Shown here: piece after piece, positions 48,521-61,968 of the stretch
Layout of the letters: the number at the start of each line of letters is the position of its first letter
Position numbering within the stretch: the stretch's first letter is position 1
DNA from: Octopus sinensis
Lineage: Eukaryota
NCBI RefSeq assembly: GCF_006345805.1
Contig: NC_043010.1
Span: 310,001 to 374,000, forward strand
Direction: 5' to 3'
Length of the DNA: 64,000 nucleotides
Position numbers and translations under genes: made by a program
Notes under the pieces: model-generated
Database searches by the model: none
What the model was told of the DNA's origin: nothing
What the model saw: the letters and a program-made list of their open reading frames with translations, nothing else

Positions 48521-51289
48521 GAAAGTTGGTTCAAATGATGGTCATAAACTCAGAGAACAACATACCTCAGGTCTTTCTATAAGAATTCTCCGTCCCTTAG
48601 GTGAGTTGCCTTTGCCTTGGCTTAGAGTCTAACCCACCCTGGTAGGCTAAATGTGCACGCGGATACCAAACCAGAAATTTCTAAATCCTCACACATACGT
48701 ATGTATATCATTGGACGGCCTTAGTCTCTTCTGAGTTCATCCGCTCTTTAACAGGTTTTACTTTTCATTCTGCAGGGTGTCCAAAAATCACCCTACTTAC
48801 CCAAGTAGGCTTGGTTGTGTTGCCAGTTTAGATACTGACAGCCTGACCATGCAACAGGTTGTACTTGGTTACTTGTTACCAGTAGCACTCAACAGTGACC
48901 TTATACCATATATTGTATATATTTTTGTTTTACATTGGGAAATGACCTCCCAGAAATCACCCTCTATTGTCTACGAAAAAAAAAAGGGTAACATTCATCA
49001 TCATCATTATCATGTAGTGTTTTTCATGCTGGCATGGGTAAGCTGGTTTGACTGCAGCTGGTATGCAAGAGCTACACCAGTCTCCAATCAGTTTTGGCTT
49101 GGTTTTTACAGCTCAATGCCAACCACTCCACAGAGTGTACTGTTTGTCTTTTTTATGTGTCACTGGTGTGGGTGCCTTTCATGTGTTACTGGAACTTGGC
49201 CATGACTATGATTTTACTTAGCATCACATGTCCTCTCAAGCACAGCAAATTGCCAAATCTTGGTCACTTGTCATCGCCTCTGTGAGACTTAACATCCAAA
49301 GATCAAATTTCACCACTTTGTCCCATGTCTTCCTGGATCTACCTCTTTCACAGGTTCTCTCCACAGTTAGAAATTGGTATATTGAATAATATAGTCCCTT
49401 CCAAAATATGTTCAGAAACCAAAAATGTTTTATGGTGCCAGTTGGGATGGCTATGATAAACGAAATGTTTAATCTAGGATGACTTGCCGTTAAACAACAA
49501 CATTCAACTTTTTTCTAACCAAGGGGTTTTTAACCCAATATTCTACATGCTGTCTATAGATTTATCTACTTCAAGTTCCACTATTAATTAAAAATGGTTT
49601 GTATATTTCTGTATTTGTTCTTTTTTTGACTATGTCTTAAAATTTTATTTTTATTTCAATTACATCCTAAAATATGGTTTTACAGACAAATGTAGTGAAA
49701 TGTTTTCAAAGATGGAGATTACAGTAATGTTGATGAGAATTTTATTTATTTACTATTTGTTTTAGAAAGAAAAATGTCAATTACAACCATTATTAAACTA
49801 TTTCATTATCATCTCCACCTAGCTGTGACGACAAAACTAATACAGCTGTTTCAGTAAAACCAACAATTGTATAGATAAGCGCTTAGCCGTTACAACTCCC
49901 CACTGGCTTGGTTTGTTAAAAATCATCAAAGTTTTATCATTACAACCATTGTTAAGCTATTTTATTATAATCACCCCTGAGTTGTGTCATTACATAAACT
50001 TCTAAGACCTCATACTCTGCAGTGAAATGTTTTTTTATAACTACAATTTAGCTGTAATATTACAACTACCATCAACTTATTTCATTGCAATCAACACTGA
50101 AATATGTCATTTACAAGCTTCACTGAGCTCTCATTTCAAATACCTGTGGCAGTGTCTCATTATAATCAATATTCGTCTCGTTATCATTATCATCAGCATC
50201 ACTGTTTAATGCACCCTTTTTTGCGTGGTGGTATGGGTTGGATGCTTCAACAAGAACTGATGAGCCAGAGGGATGTGTCAAGCTCCACTGTCTGCTTTGG
50301 CATGGTCTGTACAGCTGGATGCCCTTCCAAATGCCAACCACTTCACACAGTGTACTAGGTGCTTTTTCCATTGCACCAGCATTGGTGAGGTTACCAAGTA
50401 CTCACATGATTCCTCAGTGGGGTGTAGTATTGAGGGATGTGACAAAGGGACAGAAGCAGGTGTCTTGCTGAAGAGGTGAATACATGGCTTCCCCATCTGG
50501 AAAGAGAGAGAAAAGGGTTGGGGGAACAGAACATCTTGAGCCATTTAAAACAATGAACTGTTTTATTACAACCTGTATTGCATCATTTCAACTATCTCTT
50601 AACTGTTTCAATACAGTCAACATTGAGCTGAGCTTTGCCATTTGAACCACTGATTTGTGATACTACAACCATGGCTTAGATGTATTATTACAACCATTAC
50701 TGGTTGTAGCAGAGTAGCAACTGCCATGATATTGCAACCACCAATAAGATTTTTTGATACAATCAATGCACTTTCATTGTTTTAAAATTATTTTTTTCTA
50801 TAAATCTTTAACATATATTAAATATTTAAAATTTGTTTCCTTATTTTCACCCTGTGTGTGTAAGTGAAAGCAGGGCATTGTAGTTGCTTGTCTTAGTCTG
50901 TTTGTCTGTGTTTTCAAAATTACTGGAAAATAGCTGAATGGACTTTTATCAAATTTGGCAGAAATACTCATTGGATGAGTGGCTCGAACTCATTGAATTT
51001 TGGCTTGATTATCTTTAAAACTTGATTATCTTTGACTGTGTAGATTTTTTGCAAAAGAATTTATGTGCATGCAAGGTATGCATTGTTTTAGCATCTTCTC
51101 AGCACAAGAATCTATTATCAGTGCATAAAAACATATATTATGTCTATTAAATACTATTTATCTCTCACCATGGCTATGGTTTCTCTACCTTATCCCACAC
51201 CCGTTTCTTTCTTTCCTCCTCCTCATTATTCTTATTCTTCCTCTTCTGCCTCCACTTCTTTCTCTTCTTCCCCTTCCTCTTTCGCCAGC

Positions 51290-51630
51290 CTTCACCTTTT
51301 TAACCTTACACCCTCGGATATCCACGAATTACTTGTCATAATAGTAGGGAACACCTACTTCCAGTTCAGCAAGCCTACCAATGGGGTCTAGCCTCTCAGG
51401 TCTGCTAGCTATCTAATACATGGACCATCTCGAATGCACAGTGCTTAACACCTGTTATTCATGCATCTTCTTCTCTAGGTATATCAACAACATCCTGATG
51501 CTCATCTCATCCCAGGAAGAAGTGAAAACTATACATGAAAAATTCAACAACATCAACAGTCACTAAAGATTCAACATTGAACACCCAGACAAGTCTGGAA
51601 CACTGCTAGATTTCCAAATCAAGATCACAG
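51290..51630 (+). mobile_element. Penelope-like RT fragment
   Basis: DIHELLVIIVGNTYFQF, frameshifted PMGSSLSGLLAI, RYINNILML, TLLDFQIKI. Confidence 0.65.
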
Positions 51631-53149
51631 GGGATGATTTAAGAAGCACTTGCTATTATATAATTGGCAGAAGTAAGGCAGTGAGTTGGCAGAATCATTA
51701 GCATGCTGGGAAAAATGCTTCAGAGCATTTTGTCTGTCTTTATGTTCTGATTTCAAATTCCACCGAGGTTGGTAAAATTAGATACAGTTGAACACGGGTT
51801 GATGTAACTGACCTAACTCCTGCCCCAAATTGCTGGCCTTGTGCCAAAATTTAAAACCAATATTATATAGTTGGCAACACCTGTATACATAATACACCAT
51901 TATCCATCTTTTATGAAGGTTAGGAACATAGTTATTAATATGAAAGTATGTCCATATCCAGGACATACTTTTATACATTTTTTATGAAAGAAGTTAGGAA
52001 TAGAGTTAATATACATATGATAGAATAGATAGATATTCAATCTTCACAATGAGCAGCCCTAAGACAAATGCATCAAATCATCAGGTAGTGAGAGAAAGAG
52101 CGAAACACACTACTAGGACATGCACACATACCAACTCTAACACTATGTGTACATACACACATACTTCCCACTCACTCATGCTCAAATAATTGTCATCTGT
52201 GCATGTGCACCAGTTGTGTTCATATGTGTATGCGTGCCAAAAGTTTTCATGTGTATGTATGAGCATGTTTCGGTAGGATTTGTTTGAAGCTATCACACAC
52301 ACTTTTAACACCCCATCTTCACAATGTGATGTTTTTTTACACTACAAGAATCTATTGTTAGCTCTTTACTACGTATCTATGTGTGTGTGTGTATGTATGT
52401 ACATCATCATCATTTAACAGTCATTTTCCATGTTGTGATGTATTGAATGGTTTGACAGAATCTGGTAAGCCATGTGGCTGTGCTCAGCTCCAGTGTCTGC
52501 TTCGGCATATTTCCTTTCCAATGCCAACCACCTTCTTGTGTGTATTGAGGAATTTTTTTTGTGCCACTGGTACTAGTGAAGTTGCCAAGTAAGTTGCAAA
52601 ACAAAAAAAGAATATGAAACAGAAAGGCTGCCATGAATGAATGAATGGAGGGGATTTTAGAAGTGTGGCAGAAGCACAAGAACAGATGTCCTGCTATAGA
52701 TCTGATAATGCTATTTACCCTTATAATGTGGCTATTCTAAGTTATAAAGGTAAGTGGTAGTAATTGGGAAGATGAAGATAAAAAAGATGGTAGTGATGGT
52801 GTGCCAGAGTAAAATCTCATGGTAGATAACAGAGAGTACAATCAGTGGATCGGGGTCAGGTGGAGGAAGAGAAGAGTAGATAGTTTCCTAAGAATGTGAG
52901 AGAAAAGTCACAAATGGTTAAAGAGTGGGTTGAGGTGGATGTACTGAATAATGTGCAAAGGTGGAAGTATGGTTGGTGGGAAATATCAAGTGTGGAGAGG
53001 AGGTAAGGTGATAGAGATAGCAGTGGCTCAGGAAGGAGGATAAACATTAAGGTAGAGGGAGAGTACATAAGGGTGAGTGCAATGGACAGGCATCATAAGG
53101 AATTTGAAAGGGTGTTGAGAATGATAGAATATATGTTTAGAGATAAGAT

Positions 53150-53800
53150 GGTTAAGCTCATTACCCCCAATCCAAGAGTACTTAAGTTCCTGGTGACATG
53201 TGATGAAGACTGAGTTTATTATGATCCAGAGTGCCAAATGGAAGCATCCTGGCTCCCCCAGACCCAAGAAAGTCAAGCAAAGTAAAAGTCCCCCAGGAAG
53301 CTCATGATGTTCTCCTTTTTAACAGAAAGGGCAACATCTACATCCACTGGGTTCCTTCTGTCCAAATGGTCAACAAAGAGTACTTTGTGGAGGTTTTGAG
53401 GGTGTTCAGGAAGAGATTTTATCACAAAAGGCCAGAGCACTTCCACTTAGGCTGGTGGCACCTGTCCACAATTCCATCTTGGTAACCAACTACTTGACAG
53501 AGGTGAGCATTGAAACTGTCCCTCAACCTCCTCACAGTTCAGACCTTGCCCCCTCTGACTTTTGGTTGTTCCCCAAGCAGAAGGAGAACCTCAAGGTCAA
53601 TCATTTTGAAGACATTGAGAAGGTGAAGGAGGCTGTGACAAGGGTCCTGGACACCTTCACTTTGAAGGACTTCCATGGAACTCTTATGAAATGGCTGGAG
53701 AACTAAAACAGGTGTATTGAACAAGTTTAAAGTTTTGTACCTTTTTGAAATTAATAAGTGTCTCTCCTGAAAAAGTCTCAAAGCTTCTGGAATGCACCAT
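53150..53800 (+). mobile_element. mariner remnant, 3' half
   Basis: LVTCDE, YIHWVP..Q.VNKEYFVEVLR, VPQPPHSSDLAPSDFWLFPK. Confidence 0.8.
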
Positions 53801-54579
53801 GTACTTCATCCTATGTCTTCCTCTTTCACAAGTTCCATTAACTTTAAGCTACTTGCGCTTCTTTAGATATCTGTCCTCATTCATATGCATCACACGACCT
53901 AACCAGCAGTCGTCTCTCTTGCATAGTATATCTGATTCCTCTTATGTCTAATTTTTCTATCAATATCTTAAGACTTTGTCATACATGCACACTGCTTTTG
54001 CACAGCCCCCCACCCAAAAGCATATCAGCTTCATTCTTCTATAGTCTATGCATGTACCCTGCATTTATGGTTCACATCTTGTTAGTATATAGCATTGCAG
54101 TTCATACATGAGCATTTTACAATTGGCCCTTCAGTCTGAGAGACTTTTAGTAGCCAAGAGAAGCTATAACACTCTGAACTGTCTCCATCCCATTCATATT
54201 GTAGCAACTATCTTTTCAAAACAACCTTCTCCACTGCTAAGTACGTCACCTAGCTAACCTCTAGGGTATTCTTTTATCATTTATCATTTACTCTTTCAGT
54301 CATTAGACTGCAGTCATGTTGGGGCTCTGCCTTGGAGAATTTTAGTCAAACGGATCGACTCCTAGTACTTATTTTTTAAAAAGTCTGGTACTTATTCTAT
54401 CGGTCACTTTTGCTGAACTGTTAAGTTACAGAGATGTACACACACCAACATCTGTTGGCAACTGGGCCAGCGAAACACTATCTACCTATCTCTATATATG
54501 ATATGCATGTCTACACACGCATATATAAACATACATATATTATCATACACATAAATATAGACATACACATATTCTTATA

Positions 54580-54634
<55 letters not shown>

Positions 54635-54635
54635 G

Positions 54636-54667
<32 letters not shown>

Positions 54668-55039
54668 ATATGTATATATATATGTACACATACATATATA
54701 TATGTATACACACACATATATATATACATACATACATATGCAACCATATGTATAAATGCATACATACATATACATACACACACACATATATACATACACA
54801 TATATATGCATACATACATATAATACATACACTTACATATATATATAATATATATTATATATATATATATATACCTACATGCACACAGTATATATGTGCG
54901 TGTGAATATAATCTATCTATACAGCAACATAAAAACATACATTATATGCATACATACTTATACTCATACATATATACACATACATATACACATTATATAC
55001 ATACAAATACAAGCATTATGTGAATATAAGAAATCTTGG

Positions 55040-55364
55040 GGAAAAAACGTTCGTTTCCTTAGAAAATAAAACAAAATAAAAAGATGGATGCAGTTTGTTG
55101 TCCAGAGAGAGATGATGTAACCGCATGTAAGAAGAAAATCGCAACCTAATTATGTTTTTACGATAAAATTTATTCACAAGGCAAAGCAACACAGTGGATG
55201 GAAGTAAAAGAACGTACAAAAAGCAATAAAAAAGTGTAAAAAAACGGTAAAAAAGCTGTTTTGTGGATGTGTTTTGCAGAAGGGAATTTTTAGTTGTCAC
55301 CGGCTTCGCCAATTGTCTACATCGCCTCAAACTGCTGCTTTGTGATTTCGTTGAAATCTATATG
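55040..55364 (+). promoter_or_regulatory. candidate promoter / first exon of a further gene
   Basis: CpG-enriched non-repetitive island about 55040-56300 between TA arrays; donor-like ATG|GTAGGT at 55364/55365; no coding exon seen downstream in this window. Confidence 0.35.
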
Positions 55365-55747
55365 GTAGGTTTTTACTTATATCAAATTGGCTTTTATCGA
55401 TTAATATGATCTCTTGTACCAGGTCTGTTATCTTTCCTTACACTAATAGCGTTTAGAGGAAGCTGGAGAATCTTTCCAACATGTGTGTCTGTGTGTGTGT
55501 CTGTGTGTTCGCTTTTTTGGTTTGGTAGTATTCCTTCTCAAAATTTCTTGCATTGATAATGACCCTCCAGGATTATCTTCTCTGAAACGAATTACATAGT
55601 TGTTAGATTATCCGAAAACAGTGGGAAAAAAACTGGGAAAAACTCCTTTTTCCGATGCTTTATCTTCACAAAAGACTTGTTAAGGCGGAGAGACGTAAAA
55701 ATTTTTTTAACTAATGTTTTCTGTGGATGACCTCCCTTGGAAATTAA

Positions 55748-55946
55748 CCCTCCAGCAACTAGTTTCGTCTCTATTAAAAGCTTCCACTCACAACTGCAAT
55801 AAGCATCTCTGTAATTACACAATCATCATTTCTAGATATTGTGATCAAAACTTGCAGCTGAAAAATTTAACATATACTTATATTAATTTTATGTTTTATG
55901 CAAGAAAATATTTTTTACATATGTCATTCATTTCATAGCTAAAGGG
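55748..55946. mobile_element. piggyBac-type MITE, diverged
   Basis: TTAA-CCCTCCAGC ... GCTAAAGGG-TTAA. Confidence 0.55.
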
Positions 55947-56329
55947 TTAATAATGAAGGGAGCTAACTGCATCCATCCTAGTGGGGCGGGTTTTTTGCTC
56001 TTTATATTATATTTGTCTGTTAGTTTTCAGAATTTTTTAAAACTTATTTATTTATAATTTATTTGAGCGACAAACTTAAAGCATTTTCTGTACCTAATTT
56101 GTGCTTCGCTATTGAGTTCAGATCTATTCCATCAAGGTCGACATTACTAATTTTCCGACGGTTAAATGGTGAAAAACAAAATAAATACAAAATACAAGCA
56201 AAATATTTTTTCGTTATATAAATTGATCGTACAAGCTGCTGATCTTAATCATTATTAAAAAGAAGAATATATTTAAATTGAAACAGTTCAGCGAGCTACG
56301 CGCGCGTACATGCGTGTGTGTGTGTATGT

Positions 56330-57281
<952 letters not shown>

Positions 57282-57855
57282 CCCCGTGCCGGTGACACGT
57301 AAAAGCACCATCCATTCGTGGCCGTTTGCCAGCCCTGTCTGGCCCCCATGTCGGTGACATGTAAAAGCACCATCCGTTCGTGGCCGTTTGCCAGCCCTGT
57401 CTGGCCCCCATGTCTGTGACATGTAAAAGCACCATCCGTTCGTGTCCGTTGCCAGCCTCGCCTGGCCCCCGTGCCGGTGACACGTAAAAGCACCATCCGT
57501 TCGTGTCCGTTGCCAGCCTCGCCTTGCCCCCGTGCCGGTGACACGTAAAAGCACCATCCATTTCGTGGCCGTTTGCCAGCTCTGTCTGGCCCCCGTGTTG
57601 GTGGCACGTAAAAGCACCATCCGTTCGTGTCCGTTGCCAGCCTTGCCTGGCCCCGTGCCGGTGACACGTAAAAGCACCATCTGTTCGTGGCCGTTTGCCA
57701 GCTCTGTCTGGCACCTGTGCGGGTGGCACGTAGAAAGCACCCACTACACTCACGGATGAAGCCTTCCAGCTTCACAGACCCCAGTTGAACCGTCCAACCC
57801 ATGCTAGCATGGAGAACGGACGCTAAATGTTGATGATGATGATGATGATGATGAT
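57282..57855 (+). mobile_element. RTE 3' UTR with seven tandem ~62-bp units
   Basis: Unit starts at 57286, 57348, 57410, 57471, 57532, 57595, 57655, terminal head 57717; then partly deleted tail and (GAT)n. Confidence 0.9.
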
Positions 57856-57918
57856 ATATATATGTATGTATATATATATAAAGACATATTTATATATATG
57901 TATGTATATATTCATATA

Positions 57919-57962
<44 letters not shown>

Positions 57963-58011
57963 GTATATATATATAAAAAGACATATTTATATATATGTAT
58001 GTTATATATTC

Positions 58012-58058
<47 letters not shown>

Positions 58059-58068
58059 AAGACATATT

Positions 58069-58103
<35 letters not shown>

Positions 58104-58111
58104 TAATATAT

Positions 58112-58354
58112 ATTATATAAAAGGGCTTAGTAAAATAAATTACTTTGCCGCATACTGAACTCGTTAGAAATAGCAGCTAAAAAAACTATTTCTAACACTT
58201 AAAGAAAATCTCTCTCATATAGTGTTTGCTCAATTCAGCAAACACTATATGAGAGAGGTTTTCTTAAGTGTTAGAAATAGTTTTTTTAGCTGCTATTTCT
58301 AATGAGTTCAGTATGCGGCAAAGTAATTTATTTTACTAAGCCCTTTTATATAAT
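58112..58354. repeat. 119-bp inverted repeat with 6-nt centre, PLE-pseudo-LTR related
   Basis: 58112-58230 vs 58237-58354, about three differences; arms resemble the direct repeats at 5545/6097. Confidence 0.93.
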
Positions 58355-58448
58355 GTAATAATTTGAATTTGCCTTAAATGGTCCCTTTGCATACTGAATA
58401 CTTGGTGAAATTGATTAATTAATTAATTAATTTTACCCTCAATTGTTG

Positions 58449-58483
<35 letters not shown>

Positions 58484-58789
58484 CCGAAATTTGCCATGAT
58501 GAATCGGTTTCTGACTGAAGAATGAAGGCTCTGAATGACTGTCTGTTTTCCGTGTTCGTCAATTCGTGAATTTCACGTTCTATATATATAAAGTTTTATT
58601 CTATATATATATATAAAGACATATTCATATATATATATATATATATATGTATGAATATATTCATATATATATATATATGTATATATACATATTTATATAT
58701 GCCCCAGCATGGCCGCGGCCATCGGGCTAAAACATTTTTAAGGATTTAAGGATTTTATATGTATATATACATATTCATATATATATGTA

Positions 58790-60440
58790 TATACACAAAT
58801 TGAGATAGGGGTTGTAAATGCAACCCTCCATGGGATTGTAAATGCAACCCTGGCTACACCAAGCACAAAGAAGGAACCCTGCCCACCACTATGCAAGACC
58901 ACCACAGTCAACAGACACGGGATGGCCTCCTCGAACGCCTGCACAGCTGTCACCCCAATACTTTTACTAAATATTGGGGGCCTGTTGCGTCAAGATAGAA
59001 ACAAAATTTCTTTCCTGAGAGATCTTACAGCATGCAATCAAGCCCTATGCATAGCACTTGTGGAAACTCACCTCAACCCTGATATAGAGGACGCAGAAGT
59101 ACACATACCAAACTATGCAATACTGCGAACAGACAGACGGGAAAGGAGCCATGGTGGAGTTGCTGTATACATCCGAGATGACCTCACACCCCAGGTCTAG
59201 ATGACATACTCAAATTCGGTATGTGACACTTTAATTGTATACATAAGACAACATAATATAGTCATATGCAATACATATTGCCCACCGGATGCCCCAAATC
59301 ACATAGGCAAGTTTGAAGATTGCCTCACAAGAATTAAAGAAATCCTCATGAATCTGGAACACAACGTGACCATATTTCTTATGGGTGATTTCAACTTCCC
59401 CAACGTCAAGTGGCCCGAAGGTCACATACTCTCAGGAATGAATCATTGCAAGCAAGTACAGGTGGAGTCCCTGCTCAACCTCACCAATGCCTTATTTATG
59501 GAGCAAGTTGTACTCAAGCTAACTAGGGCGAACAACATTCTGGATCTCTGCTTCATGAACAATATGGACATCATTTATGATGCGAAAGTGACACCGACAT
59601 CAGTTTCGGATCACAACATAATAGAGCTGTCTATGTTTGGGCCAAAAGTTACCAGAGACATACAGCCTAAAGGAAGCACCCGAAATCTCTCCAATCTGAA
59701 CTTCCACAAAGCAAATTCGAAATCGATCCAAAAAGAGATCCTCAGAGAGGACTGGCCGGAATGTCTCTCCACACCAGACATTGACATGAAACTAGAATGT
59801 TTCATGTCTTCTGTGCAAGCCGTATGCCAGAAATATGTCTCAGAGCACAAGGCCAAAACAAATAGGAGCAAGATTCCAAGAGACAGGAAGATACTCATGA
59901 GACGACGGACGAAGGTTGCAAATCGTCTCAACCAACATCCCAAAAGTAGCGAAACGTCCCGCCTAAAAACAACACTGATGGAGATCGAAAAAATGCTGCA
60001 ACAATCCTATGTGAAGGAGAAAGCAGGCAAAGAAGCCTGGGTTATAAAAAATATTAAATCAAACCCAAAGGCCTTCTTTCATTACGCGAAAGAAACAGTC
60101 TCAGTGCACTACAAGATAGGACCCCTCCTCCAAAAGGATGGCTCCCTCACAGACAGTCCAACTAAGATCAGTGAGATGCTGAATGACCAGTTCAAAAGTG
60201 TCTTTACCATCCCGTTGGAACACAAATAAGTGAACGAACCAGTGGACTTCTTTGCCGCCTCACCTATAACCAGCGAGGCGGTTACAATAGAATGTATTGA
60301 CATTAGCGAAAAAGATGTCTTACTAGCCATAGATGAAGTGGACACAAACTCAGCTGCTGGTCCAGATGGTTTCCCAGCCATCCTCCTCAAAGCGTGTAAG
60401 CATGCCCTGGCAAAACCCCTCAAGATTCTCTTCCAGAGCT
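58790..60440 (+). mobile_element. CR1-group LINE ORF2 5' part (AP endonuclease and linker), pseudogene
   Basis: LLNIGGL, LVETHL, RTDR..RSHGGVAVYI, MGDFNFP, NILDL, SDHNII, AAGPDGFP; stops at 59198-59200 and 60227-60229. Confidence 0.9.
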
Positions 60441-60444
60441 TTTT

Positions 60445-60790
60445 TGTGCTACACTGTTATTACGAAGAACCTCATCTAACATGTGGCACTTGGTGAAGAA
60501 TGGAGTTTGATATAGCTACCCTCATTTGCACCTCCTGCCATTAGGTAGGTTCATCTGGGACTCTCGACAGGAAGATGTCCAGCTTTGATTTAAAAACCGC
60601 TACATCTACTTTGTGCAAGTTCCTCAGACTCTTTGGGAGAATATTAAAAAGCTGTGGGCCCTTGAAACCCAGGCTGTTTGCAGAAGCTGGTCCTGAAGCG
60701 TGATGGCATTGCTGGGATCTTTGGCACTATGCAGTGTCGTCCCGTTCTAGCATTGGTGTAGCTTACAATGCCAAGAACCACTGCTTTGGA
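60445..60790 (-). mobile_element. CR1-group LINE ORF2 3' fragment, opposite orientation
   Basis: RTGRHCIVPKIPAMPSRFRTSFC..LGFKGPQLFNILP, homologous to 11860-12130. Confidence 0.85.
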
Positions 60791-61305
60791 GGATCTACAG
60801 GATTGCTCCCATTTTAGAAGAGAGAGTGAGATTCGGTGGAGCTGGAAAGCAATGAAAATAGTGATGATGAGGTGAGATTGTGAGAGGTGCATAGGAATGA
60901 GTGGGGCATTGGGGCCAGGAATGAATAGGGAAGTTGGTGATGTGTGGAACAAGAGTAATGACGATGCAGTAAACAGTAGGAGAGAGAGAGAGGGAGAGAA
61001 AGGACATGCAGTTAGGGATGGGATGTAGATATGGATGGGGGAGGGGAGAGGCAGGTGTGGTGTATGAGGGATGTGAGACATACGGTGGTGATGGAGGAGA
61101 AATAATTTGATGACACAGAGTAGGGGTGGGAGATGGAAGTGAGGACAGATAGATCAATATTAATGGAAATCAAATGAAGAGGTTGTGGGTGGTAAGTGGT
61201 GTCAATGAAGAACTGCAGTTAGGGGTGGTGTAGGGTATCTTGAGGAGGTGGAGGGAAATTGGGCAAAGGTCCAGTTGTGCATATATATATATATATATAT
61301 ATATG

Positions 61306-61600
61306 AAGGCATGCGGCCTAGTGGTTAGGGTATTGCACTTATGATCACTAGATCATGGATTCCGTTCCCTGACTGGGTGGTGTGTTATGTTCTTTAGCAA
61401 AACACTTCATTTCACATTGTTCCAGTCCACTCAGCTGTAAATAGGTAACCCTGTGACAGAATAGTTCTGATCAGAGGTAATGGTGGTCTGCTCATCTAGC
61501 CAGTGGGGTGGCATTATTCAAAAGCTAAAACAATCTGAAGCACATTGTGATCAGTGATGTATAACAACACCCAATAGTATGGTTGATATTGTGAAACCAT
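61306..61600 (+). mobile_element. tRNA-derived SINE, second family
   Basis: GGCATGCGGCCTAGTGGTTAGGG head, TTCCAGTCCACTCAGCTG body as at 30961. Confidence 0.7.
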
Positions 61601-61877
61601 GAGATATATATATATAAAGAAAGAGAGAGAGAGAGAGAGATGCACACACACACACACATATGCAGCTCTACCAGAACTCCTAGGTGGGTGGGTCTCTTGA
61701 AAAGCTATATATATATATATATATATACAAAGAGCAATAAAGATTCAAGTTAATTTAAATGAATTTACTTGAATATGGTACCTAACTTAGATGCACCAAA
61801 AAAAACTATACTGATTTAACAATACAGTAATGTGGGGTGATTATAAGCGAGAAAGAAGCAACAAGAATGGATAGGTT

Positions 61878-61968
61878 TTTTAGTACGATCGTTTCATACA
61901 AGGACAGGTTTTATTAAAAGTTGCAAAGATTACAGCATATAAACGAGTCCCGTACTCATCAGCTAAAA
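61878..61968 (-). ncRNA. type I hammerhead ribozyme, palindromic stem III
   Basis: UUUUAG-CUGAUGA-GUACGGGAC..GUCCUUGUAU-GAAAC-GAUC-GUA-CUAAAA. Confidence 0.88.

Noticed and set aside
57286-57740. CRISPR-like repeat-spacer appearance (also 1560-2087)
   Set aside because: Spacers are homologous to each other, the array is part of an RTE 3' UTR, no cas genes are present and the context is eukaryotic.
58505-58550. Possible hammerhead at CTGAAGA
   Set aside because: No convincing stem II or GAAA-stem III; at most a heavily decayed remnant.
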